Source of the DNA: Alphaproteobacteria bacterium
GTDB lineage: Bacteria; Pseudomonadota; Alphaproteobacteria; GCA-2731375
Length of the DNA stretch: 64,000 nucleotides
Assembly (NCBI GenBank): GCA_965232515.1
Contig: CBDDPY010000002.1
Span: forward strand, 1,536,001-1,600,000
Direction: 5' to 3'
Below the pieces are notes generated by a model, which was not told the DNA's origin, did no database searches, and saw only the letters and a list, made by a program, of their open reading frames with translations. Positions 29,259 to 38,584 of this stretch are shown here, piece after piece. The position numbers and the translations under genes were made by a program. Within the stretch, counting starts at the first letter, position 1. Every line of letters starts with the position of its first letter.

Positions 29259-31010
29259 CTATTCCGCCGATTTCAGCGATTTGAACGCCTCGCTGGGCGT
29301 TTCGCCGAATTCCTGACGGTAGAGCCTGGCGAAATAGCTGGCGCTGGAGAAGCCGGCGGCGTAGGCGATCTCGGCCACCGTCTGGTGCTGGCGCAGCCGG
29401 ATCAGGTCGCGGGCGAAGCCCAGGCGAATGGCGCGGATAAAGGCCGCCGGCGCGAGGCCGCGCGCGTCCTTCAGCCGACGGTTCAGGGTCTTCTCGCTCA
29501 GCCCCAGCGCCGCTGCCAATTCGCGAACGCCGAAGCCATCCTGGTCCACCTGGTCGAGAACGCAGTCCGTCGCCCGCGCCACGAACGCCTGCTCGGCGGG
29601 CGCCGACCCATCGGTGTCGGCGGTTTCCGCCAGGCGGGACTCGAGCGCCACGATCCGTGCGTCCGTGGCTTTCAAGGCCGCGGCATGCCGGCTTTCGGCG
29701 GCGATGACGTCGCGCCGCAGCGCCTTTGCCGCGGCGACCGCGGACCGTCGCTGCGCCTGCATCGCCTTCACCATGATCGAGATGGCGACCATCATGAAAA
29801 TCGCCTCGCCGAATACGGCGAAGTAGTAGCCGTAAGCCAGCGGACGCATGAGGATGAGCTGAAAGGCGCTGCTGGCCGCACCGATATGGATCGGGAACAG
29901 GAAGAAATAGTTGGCGACCGCCAGACCGGCGAGGAAACAGAACAGGGCCGCAGCGATCGCTTTCGCCTGCGGCAGACCGTCGCGTACCTTCTTGAGGCAA
30001 ACGACGACCAACACCAGCGAGCTGCCGAGATAGGTCAGGCGCAGCCAGACGGCGAGATCCCAGGGATCGAGCACGGCGAGGCCGGTCGTGACCAGGGTCA
30101 GACCCGAGAGCGCGACAAACAGGCCACGCCATACCGGCGGGTCGGCATGGATCCGCAATAGAACGCGGCAATATTGAATAAGCGCCAACACGCCAGCGCC
30201 GATAAAGAACAAGGCGATCCGCCCCGCCAGCGTGACCGGCAGCGTCGCGCCGCCGAAATGATGCAGCCAGCCGTCCCAAAAGAACGAGAAGGTGAACAGG
30301 CAGCCGAGATAGAGCGGGTAATAGAAATAAAGGCTGATATCGACGTGCCGGAACAGGATCAGGCTGAACAGGATGAGGGCCAGCAGGAAGCCCATATAGA
30401 CGGCCATCATGGTCAGGACCGCGGTCGACCAGGACTGGAACAGCTTTGACGTCACGATGACCGGTGTCAGGTTGGGCGAGTAGGTCCCCATGACGCGCAG
30501 GTAGAAGGTCGTTTCCTGCCCCGCCGCCACGCGCAGCGGCACGCCGGTTTTCATGGTGCCGCTCGCCCGCGCCACGACCGGCACCGTGCGGCCGTCGCGC
30601 GGCCCGGCAACGAGGCGGTCGCCGCGCTGCTCGAAGACGGCGACCTCGTCCAGGACGATTTCCTGAAAACCGACGAACCAGGTCCTGTCATCGGCGTGGC
30701 GGTTGACGACCGTGAAGCGGAACCACTGCGCCTGGCCCGGACGTGGGGCCCGGAAGATGCCGCTGCACGGTCCCGGCGCGAAATGCTGCCTCGCGATCTC
30801 GGCCGCGCCCACCGTTCCTGTCAGGTCGAGAAAATGGTCCGCCGACAACGGCCGCAACTGGTCGGCCGGGCTTTCCCCGAGCGTGTTGACCGTCGTCACC
30901 ACCACACAGCCATCCGGCACGGTGTGGGCCCGGGCGTCAGGCGACGGCACGCCCAGCGACAACAAAACCGCCAGAAGAAGCACGATCCAGGCCGTGCGCG
31001 CCTTCCCCAT
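29259..31010 (-). CDS. 7TM-DISM membrane sensor fused to AraC HTH
   Basis: Signal peptide, DISMED2-like domain (WFRFTV..LDEV..FYLRV), about 7 TM, coiled coil, AraC HTH (EIAYAAGFSSASYFARLYRQEFG). Confidence 0.8.
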   Translation of the reverse strand: MGKARTAWIVLLLAVLLSLGVPSPDARAHTVPDGCVVVTTVNTLGESPADQLRPLSADHFLDLTGTVGAAEIARQHFAPGPCSGIFRAPRPGQAQWFRFTVVNRHADDRTWFVGFQEIVLDEVAVFEQRGDRLVAGPRDGRTVPVVARASGTMKTGVPLRVAAGQETTFYLRVMGTYSPNLTPVIVTSKLFQSWSTAVLTMMAVYMGFLLALILFSLILFRHVDISLYFYYPLYLGCLFTFSFFWDGWLHHFGGATLPVTLAGRIALFFIGAGVLALIQYCRVLLRIHADPPVWRGLFVALSGLTLVTTGLAVLDPWDLAVWLRLTYLGSSLVLVVVCLKKVRDGLPQAKAIAAALFCFLAGLAVANYFFLFPIHIGAASSAFQLILMRPLAYGYYFAVFGEAIFMMVAISIMVKAMQAQRRSAVAAAKALRRDVIAAESRHAAALKATDARIVALESRLAETADTDGSAPAEQAFVARATDCVLDQVDQDGFGVRELAAALGLSEKTLNRRLKDARGLAPAAFIRAIRLGFARDLIRLRQHQTVAEIAYAAGFSSASYFARLYRQEFGETPSEAFKSLKSAE

Positions 31011-31205
31011 CGGACCCCGTCCCCGTCTTAACCGGCCAGATCCGAAGACCGCCACGCCGGCCGGCACGCAACAGAACATCCCCAGCGCATCCGCCTGTCA
31101 CGCGGATGCCCCCTTGCGATCTATTGAATGGCATTCTCTAGGCCATTTCCACCGACATCGGCGTGATCGGAATCACAACCGCGGTGGGCCGCCATGAGCA
31201 CATAT

Positions 31206-31238
31206 CGGACAAAATCGAGCACATAACGGACAAAATCG
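31206..31238. promoter_or_regulatory. Putative AraC operator, CGGACAAAATCG direct repeat with 21-bp period
   Basis: Perfect 12-bp repeat at 31206 and 31227 in the divergent intergenic region. Confidence 0.6.
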
Positions 31239-31296
31239 CCGTCGCGCGTTTAAGTCCGCCGATCAAGCTGTTTCTACTCTCCACGCCAAACGCGCG

Positions 31297-31596
31297 GTGC
31301 ACCGCGCGGGGGTCGGTTGGCGCCCGACCGGATCGCGTGGACGACATCCACGCCGATCCGGGACGGTGCCCGCAGTCATTAACGTCGGCACCATCACCCT
31401 GGACCTCAGTGTCATCCACCTCAATACGGCGCACGCATTTGACAGCAACTCGTATGTTGTGCTCACGCCGACGGCCGTCATCACGTCGCAAGCCTTGCGG
31501 CAAGACCCGACGAACATTCCCGAGCCGGCAACCCTGCCGCTGTTCGCCGCAGGTCTGGCGGGGCTGATCCTGTACCGGCGGCGCCGAACGGTTTGA
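31297..31596 (+). pseudogene. 5'-truncated PEP-CTERM gene
   Basis: Ends IPEPATLPLFAAGLAGLILYRRRRTV; no signal peptide or good start. Confidence 0.7.
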
Positions 31597-31605
31597 GCAC
31601 TGTTT

Positions 31606-32544
31606 CTACGGCACGACCGGCTCGCCGCGGGCCTGGCGGCGTTTGCACTGGCGAAGGTAGAAGTGGAGCTGCTCGGCGGCGAGGCCGTGCAGCATCAGGC
31701 GGAAGCCGGCCCGTAGCGTCGACAGCGGCAGAATCGGATGCTTGTTGTTTGCGAAGAACAGGTGGTAGGGGCTGCCGAGCAGGTGGCCGACATAGACGCC
31801 GATGGTCTCGTCGAGCTGCAGCGAGTTGCTGGCGCGCCAGAAATCGTTGTTGCGCAGGAAAAGCTGATAAAGCGGCGTGTAGCTCTCGACCGCCGTCTCC
31901 AGGTCGATGACGTTCAGGCGGCCGTCGGGCATGGGCTCGATCGGGAACTCAGCATCGGTGATGGCCGAGAAGTCGAGGCGCTCGGGCGGGGACAGCTCAC
32001 GGCCCGCGCGGCGCAGATGCGCGTTCAACTGGATGATGAAGTTGAAGATGTTGAGGTCGTGGCGCAGGAAGACGTCGTCGGCGAGATCGTCGATGCGGCA
32101 CGGGCGCAGCGGCACGGTCTCGGCCGTGAAGCCGGGCACGTTGTCGGCGATAAAGGCCAGGATCTCCGTGCCGATATGGAAGTGGCGCAGGATCAGGTAG
32201 TTGGCTTCCGCGCAGACGAAGTTGCGCAGGCCCCAGCAGATCAGCCGGTGCAGCCGGCGCGAGGAATGCAGGCGGTCTGGGACGCAGATCCGGATCACCG
32301 TGTTGAGCACGATGAAGGTCCGCGCGGCCGGCCGCATGAACGGCAGCAGCGCCGCGCGCGACCGCCGCCGCATGCCGCGCAGCAACGCGGCCTTGGCGGA
32401 ATCGTGGATCGCGACGCTGCCGTCGAGATAGAAGGCGAGCCAGGGATCGGGATCGTCGCGGTCGACATTCGTCGGGTCGAAATCGGCCGGAAACGCGCCG
32501 ACGTTGTCGCGCCGGTCGGGTGTCATGGTCTTGAGCTCGCTCAT
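31606..32544 (-). CDS. Uncharacterised protein (DUF6999-like by recall), translationally coupled to the ketosynthase
   Basis: ATGA overlap at 32541-32544; His/Glu motifs RHFHIGTE, RHD, HGLAAEQLH. Confidence 0.75.
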   Translation of the reverse strand: MSELKTMTPDRRDNVGAFPADFDPTNVDRDDPDPWLAFYLDGSVAIHDSAKAALLRGMRRRSRAALLPFMRPAARTFIVLNTVIRICVPDRLHSSRRLHRLICWGLRNFVCAEANYLILRHFHIGTEILAFIADNVPGFTAETVPLRPCRIDDLADDVFLRHDLNIFNFIIQLNAHLRRAGRELSPPERLDFSAITDAEFPIEPMPDGRLNVIDLETAVESYTPLYQLFLRNNDFWRASNSLQLDETIGVYVGHLLGSPYHLFFANNKHPILPLSTLRAGFRLMLHGLAAEQLHFYLRQCKRRQARGEPVVP

Positions 32545-34385
32545 ATGTTGCCGATCTCCTCGAGCTGCAGGCGGTAGAGCCGCGCCGTGACCTTGGCGGT
32601 CTTGACGATGTCCTTGACGACTTGCGGTGTCAGCATGTCGCTGTCGAAGGCGTCCCACATCTTGGCGAGATGGTCCTCGTCGTTCTCGCCGTGATAGAGC
32701 ATGAAGCTGACCTGATCCGACGTGAGGCCGAGCTGTTGCTGGCAGGCGCGGCCCCATCTGAGTGCCATGCGGTTGCCGAGGCCTTCGATCACGAACATCG
32801 CGCCGAGCAGATCGATGGGGTTCTCGCGGCTCGCCCGGTGGAACATCCAGGCGGACAGCGCTTCCGAGCCGATGTTCTTGTCGGCGCACTGGATGTCCTC
32901 AAGCCGGCCGCCGACCGCCACGTAGTTCCGCTCCAGCATCTGGAAGTCGCGGTGTTCTTCGTGGGCGTGGCCGAGGAAGGTTGAGCGCAGGTCGAAGGCG
33001 TCGACGGTGATGCTGGAGGCGGCCCGCGCGATCCAGCGCGCGCCCTCCATGACCTGCTGGCGCAGGTTGAGCAGGATCAGGCGGTAATCCTCGAGGCGCA
33101 GCTTGCCGCGGTTCAGCTTGTCGATGATCGGCACGGTGTTGAGGTCGGCCTCGAACTCGGCCCAGACCTGCGTCAGTTGCCGATAGAGCGACGTCTTGAG
33201 ATCGTCGGTCACGGGTACGGCCAGGGTTGGCGGCGGCTGGTCGGCCTCGACCGGGTGGCTCTTCGTCCGCTCACCGACCACGGTAAGCAACATCATCGAG
33301 ACGATGAAGCGGCCGCTTTCGGGCACGACGCAGAGGACCTGCTGACCCGGCGCGAGCGGACCCTCGTTGAACAGCTCCTCCAGCATGATGAAGATCGACG
33401 CCGAACCGGTGTTGCCCTTGCGCGCCAGGTTCGTGAACAGGCGGTTCTCGTCGATGGGACAGCCGGCGCGTTCGGCGGCTTCGAGCATTTTTCCGCGGAA
33501 GACGTTGGACGAGAAATGATAGAGCGCCCAGTCGACCGCCCGCGGGTCGATGCGCCCGGCCTCGACATGGTCGAAGTAGCGCTCGATGCCGAGCAGCACG
33601 ATGTTGTCCAGGAGCTTCAGGTCCTGGCGCAGGTGGAAGGCGCCGTCGGCGACCGCTTCCGACAGCGTCGGATAGTTGCTCCACGGCAGCGCCATGCCGC
33701 CGTCGTCGCATTTGCGCGCGCCGCCATACATGCAGGTGTCGAGCCGGTCGGCGTAGGAAATGAGATCCACGAACTCGACCTTCAGCGACAGGCCGCGTTC
33801 GTTCGGGCGGTCCTCCATGACCAGCGCGCCGGCGCCGTCCGACAGCATCCAACGCAGGAACTCGGCGTCCATGCTGGTCTTGCGGTCCTCGAAATAGCCG
33901 GCGCGCAGGAAGCGGCTGGCGAATTCCGAGGCGCAGACGATGCCGTTCTGCTTGTCGCCCGAGACGATGTTCGACCAGGCCGATTTCATGGCCATCATGC
34001 CGCTGGCGCAGAAGCTGCCGAAGCTGGCGACTTCGGTCGCCGGCAGGCCGAGCTCGCCATGCACCATGCTGGCGAAGCCGGGCGCCATCAGGTCGCCCTG
34101 CGAGGCGGCGGCGGCGAGGAAGCCGACGCGGTCGGGCGACAGCTCGCTGCGAGCGAGCGCGTCGCGGACGGCTGATGCGGCCATCTCGGCGTTGGTATGG
34201 CGGGGGCGCCCGTCCCGTCCCAGCGCGTAATGGCGCGTCTCGATGCCGTTCAGCTTCAGCGCCTCGTCCTTGAAGCGCCGCTGCCGGCGGTCGAGGGGGC
34301 CGAGATAGGCTTCCATCTCGTCGTTGCCAACGGGATCGCCGGGCAGGAACTTGCCGACCGCGTTGATGTAAGCCGTGCGTGCCAT
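32541..34385 (-). CDS. FabH/DarB(StlD)-type beta-ketoacyl synthase III fused to heme-oxygenase-like diiron domain
   Basis: Cys (FCASG), His (YHFSS), Asn (GNTGSAS), VPESGRF; C-terminal helical domain with HEEHRD, IEG, HGENDEDH. Confidence 0.85.
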   Translation of the reverse strand: MARTAYINAVGKFLPGDPVGNDEMEAYLGPLDRRQRRFKDEALKLNGIETRHYALGRDGRPRHTNAEMAASAVRDALARSELSPDRVGFLAAAASQGDLMAPGFASMVHGELGLPATEVASFGSFCASGMMAMKSAWSNIVSGDKQNGIVCASEFASRFLRAGYFEDRKTSMDAEFLRWMLSDGAGALVMEDRPNERGLSLKVEFVDLISYADRLDTCMYGGARKCDDGGMALPWSNYPTLSEAVADGAFHLRQDLKLLDNIVLLGIERYFDHVEAGRIDPRAVDWALYHFSSNVFRGKMLEAAERAGCPIDENRLFTNLARKGNTGSASIFIMLEELFNEGPLAPGQQVLCVVPESGRFIVSMMLLTVVGERTKSHPVEADQPPPTLAVPVTDDLKTSLYRQLTQVWAEFEADLNTVPIIDKLNRGKLRLEDYRLILLNLRQQVMEGARWIARAASSITVDAFDLRSTFLGHAHEEHRDFQMLERNYVAVGGRLEDIQCADKNIGSEALSAWMFHRASRENPIDLLGAMFVIEGLGNRMALRWGRACQQQLGLTSDQVSFMLYHGENDEDHLAKMWDAFDSDMLTPQVVKDIVKTAKVTARLYRLQLEEIGNI

Positions 34386-34460
34386 GTTCGGATCCTTTGC
34401 TGCCCAACGGCGCGCCGTCGCCGGCGATCGCCAAGGTTGCAGAGCGGTGTTGCGTGGGCG

Positions 34461-35348
34461 TTAACGGAAGCGGCCGGTCTCGAGAAACGAGAGGGTCGCG
34501 GCAATGGTCTCGGGCGCATCGGCGATGAAGGTGTGGATCGCCGGCACCACCAGGAAATCGCGCGCCGCGTCGAGGCGGGTCTCGTCGACGGTGACGATGC
34601 CGTCGTTGTCGCCCTCGAGCGCCGGGTTGAAACCGGTGCGGTCGCCGCGGCCGCCGGCGATGACGCCAATCTCGAAATCGGCCGGCGGCGCGGCGAAGCG
34701 GCTGCCGTCGGCGAGCTGGCCCGCGGTCGGACCGCCGATGGCGTTGAACAGGGCCCAGTCCTCGAGCGCGGCGGCCAGCGCCGAGCCGCGGTTCGGTGGG
34801 GCCAGCATGACCGCGCGGCCGAGCGCGATCCGGTCCCGCCAGTCGGCGTCGCCGGCGACCGCCTGGCGTAGAACGATGCCGCCCAGGCTGTGGGTAACGA
34901 AGGAGACCCGCTCGACATCCTCCAGGCCGTCGAGGACGGCGGTCAGGTGGCGGGCATGGCCGGCGATATCCCGGGTCAGGCTGGGATAGGCGAGCGCGAT
35001 TGTCTCGTAGCCGGCTTCGCGCAGCGCCGGCTCCATGGTGGCGAAGAGGCGCGGCGACCGGCCCATGCCATGCAGCAGGACGACGACGTGGCCGCTCTCG
35101 GGCCGGAGCCCCTCGTCCGCGCGAAGCCGCTGGAGCTCAGCGGCGCATTCGGCGCCGTCGCCGAAGTGTCGGACCGCGCCCGCCGGATCGACCAGCTGGC
35201 ACCAGCCGCCGATCACATGCGCCCGCACCTGCCAGCCGGCATAAGCCGTGCGGCCTTCCCAGAGCTGGGTCCGGTCGAGCTGCACGGCGAGGGCGGCGAG
35301 CGCGATCAGGACGATGGGGAGCACGATCGAGAGGTGGCGGCGGGCCAT
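34461..35348 (-). CDS. Alpha/beta-fold hydrolase (lipase/esterase-like) with N-terminal anchor
   Basis: LLHG, THSLGG, APPNRGS, NDGIV, H motifs. Confidence 0.85.
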   Translation of the reverse strand: MARRHLSIVLPIVLIALAALAVQLDRTQLWEGRTAYAGWQVRAHVIGGWCQLVDPAGAVRHFGDGAECAAELQRLRADEGLRPESGHVVVLLHGMGRSPRLFATMEPALREAGYETIALAYPSLTRDIAGHARHLTAVLDGLEDVERVSFVTHSLGGIVLRQAVAGDADWRDRIALGRAVMLAPPNRGSALAAALEDWALFNAIGGPTAGQLADGSRFAAPPADFEIGVIAGGRGDRTGFNPALEGDNDGIVTVDETRLDAARDFLVVPAIHTFIADAPETIAATLSFLETGRFR

Positions 35349-35467
35349 GGGGTTGTTTCCGTTCGGATGAGGCGGGCGATTGCCGTTGGATCTATATGTG
35401 GGCGTTAATGAATGTTGTTCAAGAATGAATTTCGACACGGCCGGCCAGTCTTCAAATGCGCCAGGGT

Positions 35468-35597
35468 CTGGATTGCCGGGTCAAGCCCGGCAACGACGAA
35501 TTGGTTGCGATTTCAATATCTTATACGTCATGCCGGCGAAGGCCGGCAGCCAGGACACCGGCCGTGCCAATGGACCCTGGCCTGCGCCAGGCTGACG
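35468..35597. repeat. Alphaproteobacterial REP/RIME-like palindromes
   Basis: TGGATTGCCGGGTCAAGCCCGGCAACGAC and GTCATGCCGGCGAAGGCCGGCAGCCA...TGGACCCTGGCCTGCGCCAGGCTGAC. Confidence 0.7.
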
Positions 35598-35621
35598 GAA
35601 AAGCGGTTCGGCTCCCCTGCC

Positions 35622-36650
35622 CTAGTCGCCCTGGGCGATGCGTTTGGCGAGGTCGAAGAAGGCGCGTTTGCGGGGAGAGCCGATGGTCCAGTCGACGGGC
35701 ACGCTCTGAAACCCGCACTCCGGGCCCTCGCCCTCCAGGCGGTAGTCGAAGAGACCCCAGGAGGCGTATTCGCCGACGGCGGCGAGGAAGTTGTTGTCGG
35801 GCCGGTCGAAGCCGAAATGGTCGTCCTCGTTGAACAGGATCGGCATGGGCCGATAGCCCTCGACCTGCCGCGTCTGCCGCACGATGTCGCGGATGCGGTC
35901 GGGATCGTCGATATGGTTGCCGTGCAGCAGGATGAAGTCGCTGGCCGCGACCACCTTGGCGCCGGGCACGGTGCCGCCGCCGTAACTGGTGCCGACGAGC
36001 AGGCGCGCGCCGTCCTTCGTGCGGGCCTTGGCCTGTTCGATCAGCGCATGCACGCCGTCCGGCATCAGCAGCGGCTGCTGGTAGCGGACGTCGCACTCGT
36101 TGTTGATCTCCATGAGCACGTTGCCGTAGCCGCCGGCCAGCACCCAGTCGACGGCGTTGTCGACCCCGCGCCGGATCGCCGCCTCGTCGCGCAAGTTCTG
36201 TTCCTGTCCGAAATAGAACAGGCCCAGGATCACCACGATGCCGATCTCGTCGGCGGCGTCGAGGATGCGCGCGAGGCGCGCCATGTAATCGTCCCGTAGC
36301 CCGCCGTCGGGATCGATGGCGGAATTGATCCAGGGCTGCGCCTTGGAATAGCCGTAGGGGCTGCCGCCCTGCAGGTTGACGGTGACCGCGAGAATGCCGT
36401 GGTCGCGCCAGGACGGCATCGCGGCGATGAATTCCGATGTGTTGCGCTCGGCATCCCATTGGCCTGTATCCGGATAGGCCCAGCGGTCGCGCGTCTCGGG
36501 GTTCAGGTCGTCGAAGATGCCCTGCACCATGCGCGTGTTGAGCAGCAGTCCCTCGACCCGCCCGCCTCGCCAGGTGGCGCCTTCATAGGTGACCCGACCG
36601 TTGATGAAGAACTGATCGCCGCGGATCTCGACACGCGTCTTCGCCGCCAT
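35622..36650 (-). CDS. Hypothetical glycoside-hydrolase-like (clan GH-A TIM barrel) protein
   Basis: EINNE acid/base-like and FNEDD nucleophile-like motifs. Confidence 0.6.
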   Translation of the reverse strand: MAAKTRVEIRGDQFFINGRVTYEGATWRGGRVEGLLLNTRMVQGIFDDLNPETRDRWAYPDTGQWDAERNTSEFIAAMPSWRDHGILAVTVNLQGGSPYGYSKAQPWINSAIDPDGGLRDDYMARLARILDAADEIGIVVILGLFYFGQEQNLRDEAAIRRGVDNAVDWVLAGGYGNVLMEINNECDVRYQQPLLMPDGVHALIEQAKARTKDGARLLVGTSYGGGTVPGAKVVAASDFILLHGNHIDDPDRIRDIVRQTRQVEGYRPMPILFNEDDHFGFDRPDNNFLAAVGEYASWGLFDYRLEGEGPECGFQSVPVDWTIGSPRKRAFFDLAKRIAQGD

Positions 36651-36764
36651 GGGTTCGACCCCCTTACGTCGCCCGGTGGACCTCGCGTGCAGTATAGACG
36701 CTTCCCGCTCCGTCGGCGCGCGTCGCCGACGGCGGGCGTCAGGCCAAAGCCACCCGCATCGACA

Positions 36765-37565
36765 TCACGTGGGCGCGGGACGCGTGTCCGGGTCACTACG
36801 CGCCAGCGGCACGACGATTGCGCTGCCGTCTGCTCGCCCATGGTAGGCGCGGATGCCGTAGCAGCGGGCCAGGATGTCGGGGACGAGCACGGTCTCGGGC
36901 GGTCCCTCGATCTCGATCCGCCCGTCGTGCAACAGCGCCAGGCGGTCGCAATAGCGGGCGGCCAACGTCAGGTCATGCATGACCGCGACCACGCACGTGC
37001 CGGCGGCGGCGCGTGCGCGCAGTGTCGCCATGACGTCGAGTTGGTGCGCCGGATCGAGCCCCGCGACCGGCTCGTCCGCAAGCAGGAGTTTCGGCTCGCC
37101 GGCGAGCGCGCGGGCCAGCAGGACGCGCGAGCGTTCGCCGCCCGAGAGCCGGTTCATGGGCCGATGCCGAAACCGCGCGACATCGCAGACGTCGAGCGCC
37201 CGCGCCACCGCCCCGCGATCCGCCGCCGACGGCGCGTCCCAAAGACCGCGATGCGGCAACCGACCGAGCATGACGAGCGTCTCGACGGTCACCGCCCAAT
37301 GGTGCTCGCCGCCCTGCGGCAGATAGGCGACGGTGCGCGCGCGTTCCCGCCGACCTGTGCGGGACAAAGGCCGGCCGGCGATACGGATCTCGCCGCCGTC
37401 CAACGGCAGCAGGCCCGCCAGGGCGCGCAACAGCGTCGTCTTGCCGGCGCCGTTGGGGCCGATCAGTCCGACGACCTCGCCCGACCCGACTTGCAGATCG
37501 ACGCCGGCGAGGATGAGGGTGTCGCCGAGCGAGACGGACACGGCCTTCGTCATCAACAGCGTCAT
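36765..37565 (-). CDS. btuD: Cobalamin/Fe-chelate ABC transporter ATPase
   Basis: GPNGAGKT, LSGGE, LLADEP, MHDL; in riboswitch-led operon. Confidence 0.85.
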   Translation of the reverse strand: MTLLMTKAVSVSLGDTLILAGVDLQVGSGEVVGLIGPNGAGKTTLLRALAGLLPLDGGEIRIAGRPLSRTGRRERARTVAYLPQGGEHHWAVTVETLVMLGRLPHRGLWDAPSAADRGAVARALDVCDVARFRHRPMNRLSGGERSRVLLARALAGEPKLLLADEPVAGLDPAHQLDVMATLRARAAAGTCVVAVMHDLTLAARYCDRLALLHDGRIEIEGPPETVLVPDILARCYGIRAYHGRADGSAIVVPLARSDPDTRPAPT

Positions 37566-38584
37566 GACAGCGTCCGCCGGTAGCGCAGGACGAGCAACAG
37601 GAAGAACGGCGCGCCGACAAGCGCGGTCAGCACGCCGAGCTGGAGCTCGCGGCCGGGCGACAGCAACCGCACGGCGATGTCTGCGGCGAGCGTCAGCACG
37701 GCGCCGCCGAGCGCGCTCGCCGGCAGCAGGGCGCCCGGCCGATGGCCGACCAGCGGGCGCAGCAGATGGGGCACGACCAGACCGACAAAGCCGATGGCGC
37801 CGGCGACGGAGGTCGCGGCACCGACGGCGAGCGCGGTGCCGAGCACGATCCGGCGCCGGACGGCGCGCAGTCCGACGCCAAGCGTGCGGGCGGCGTCCTC
37901 GCCGAGGGTCAGCGCATCCAGCGCCCGGCCCGACGTCGCCAGCAGCAGCCAGCCCAGCAGCATGAACGGCAACGACAGCCACACATGCTCGAAGCTACGG
38001 TCGGCGAGCGAGCCCATCAGCCAGAACATGATCTCAAGCGCGGCGAACGGATTGGGCGCGAGGTTGAGCGTCAGCGACGTGAGTGCGGCGGCGAAGCTGG
38101 TGACGGCGATACCGGCGAGGATCAGCGTCAAGGCGCCGCCGCCCCGCCCGGCCAGCATCTGAACGACGAGCACGCCGAGACCGGCGCCGGCCATGCCGCC
38201 GAGCGGCAGCGCCAGCGCGAACAGACCGGCAAGCCCGGTGTGGAAGGCCAGAACGGCGCCGAGGGAGGCCGAGGCCGACACGCCGATCAGGCCCGGCTCG
38301 GCCAACGGATTACGCAAGAACCCCTGCAAGGCGGCGCCGGCGAGACCGAGCGTGGCGCCGATCGTCAGCGCCAGCAGGGCGCGCGGCAAGCGGATTTCCC
38401 AGAGGATCAGCGCGGCGGTCCCGGCGTCGCCCGTCAGCAGAGACGCCGGAATCTCCGACAGACCGATTGCCGCCGGGCCGATCAGCAGCGAGGCCAGGAA
38501 CGTGAGCAGCGCAGCCAGGATCAGCAGTGGCAACAGCAGACGCTCGATCATGGACGTCCGCGATGGCGCCGCGGCGACCGTCAT
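37562..38584 (-). CDS. btuC: FecCD/BtuC permease
   Basis: IRLPR, RNPLAEP, LGEDAARTLG, IGFVGLVVPH. Confidence 0.85.
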   Translation of the reverse strand: MTVAAAPSRTSMIERLLLPLLILAALLTFLASLLIGPAAIGLSEIPASLLTGDAGTAALILWEIRLPRALLALTIGATLGLAGAALQGFLRNPLAEPGLIGVSASASLGAVLAFHTGLAGLFALALPLGGMAGAGLGVLVVQMLAGRGGGALTLILAGIAVTSFAAALTSLTLNLAPNPFAALEIMFWLMGSLADRSFEHVWLSLPFMLLGWLLLATSGRALDALTLGEDAARTLGVGLRAVRRRIVLGTALAVGAATSVAGAIGFVGLVVPHLLRPLVGHRPGALLPASALGGAVLTLAADIAVRLLSPGRELQLGVLTALVGAPFFLLLVLRYRRTLS

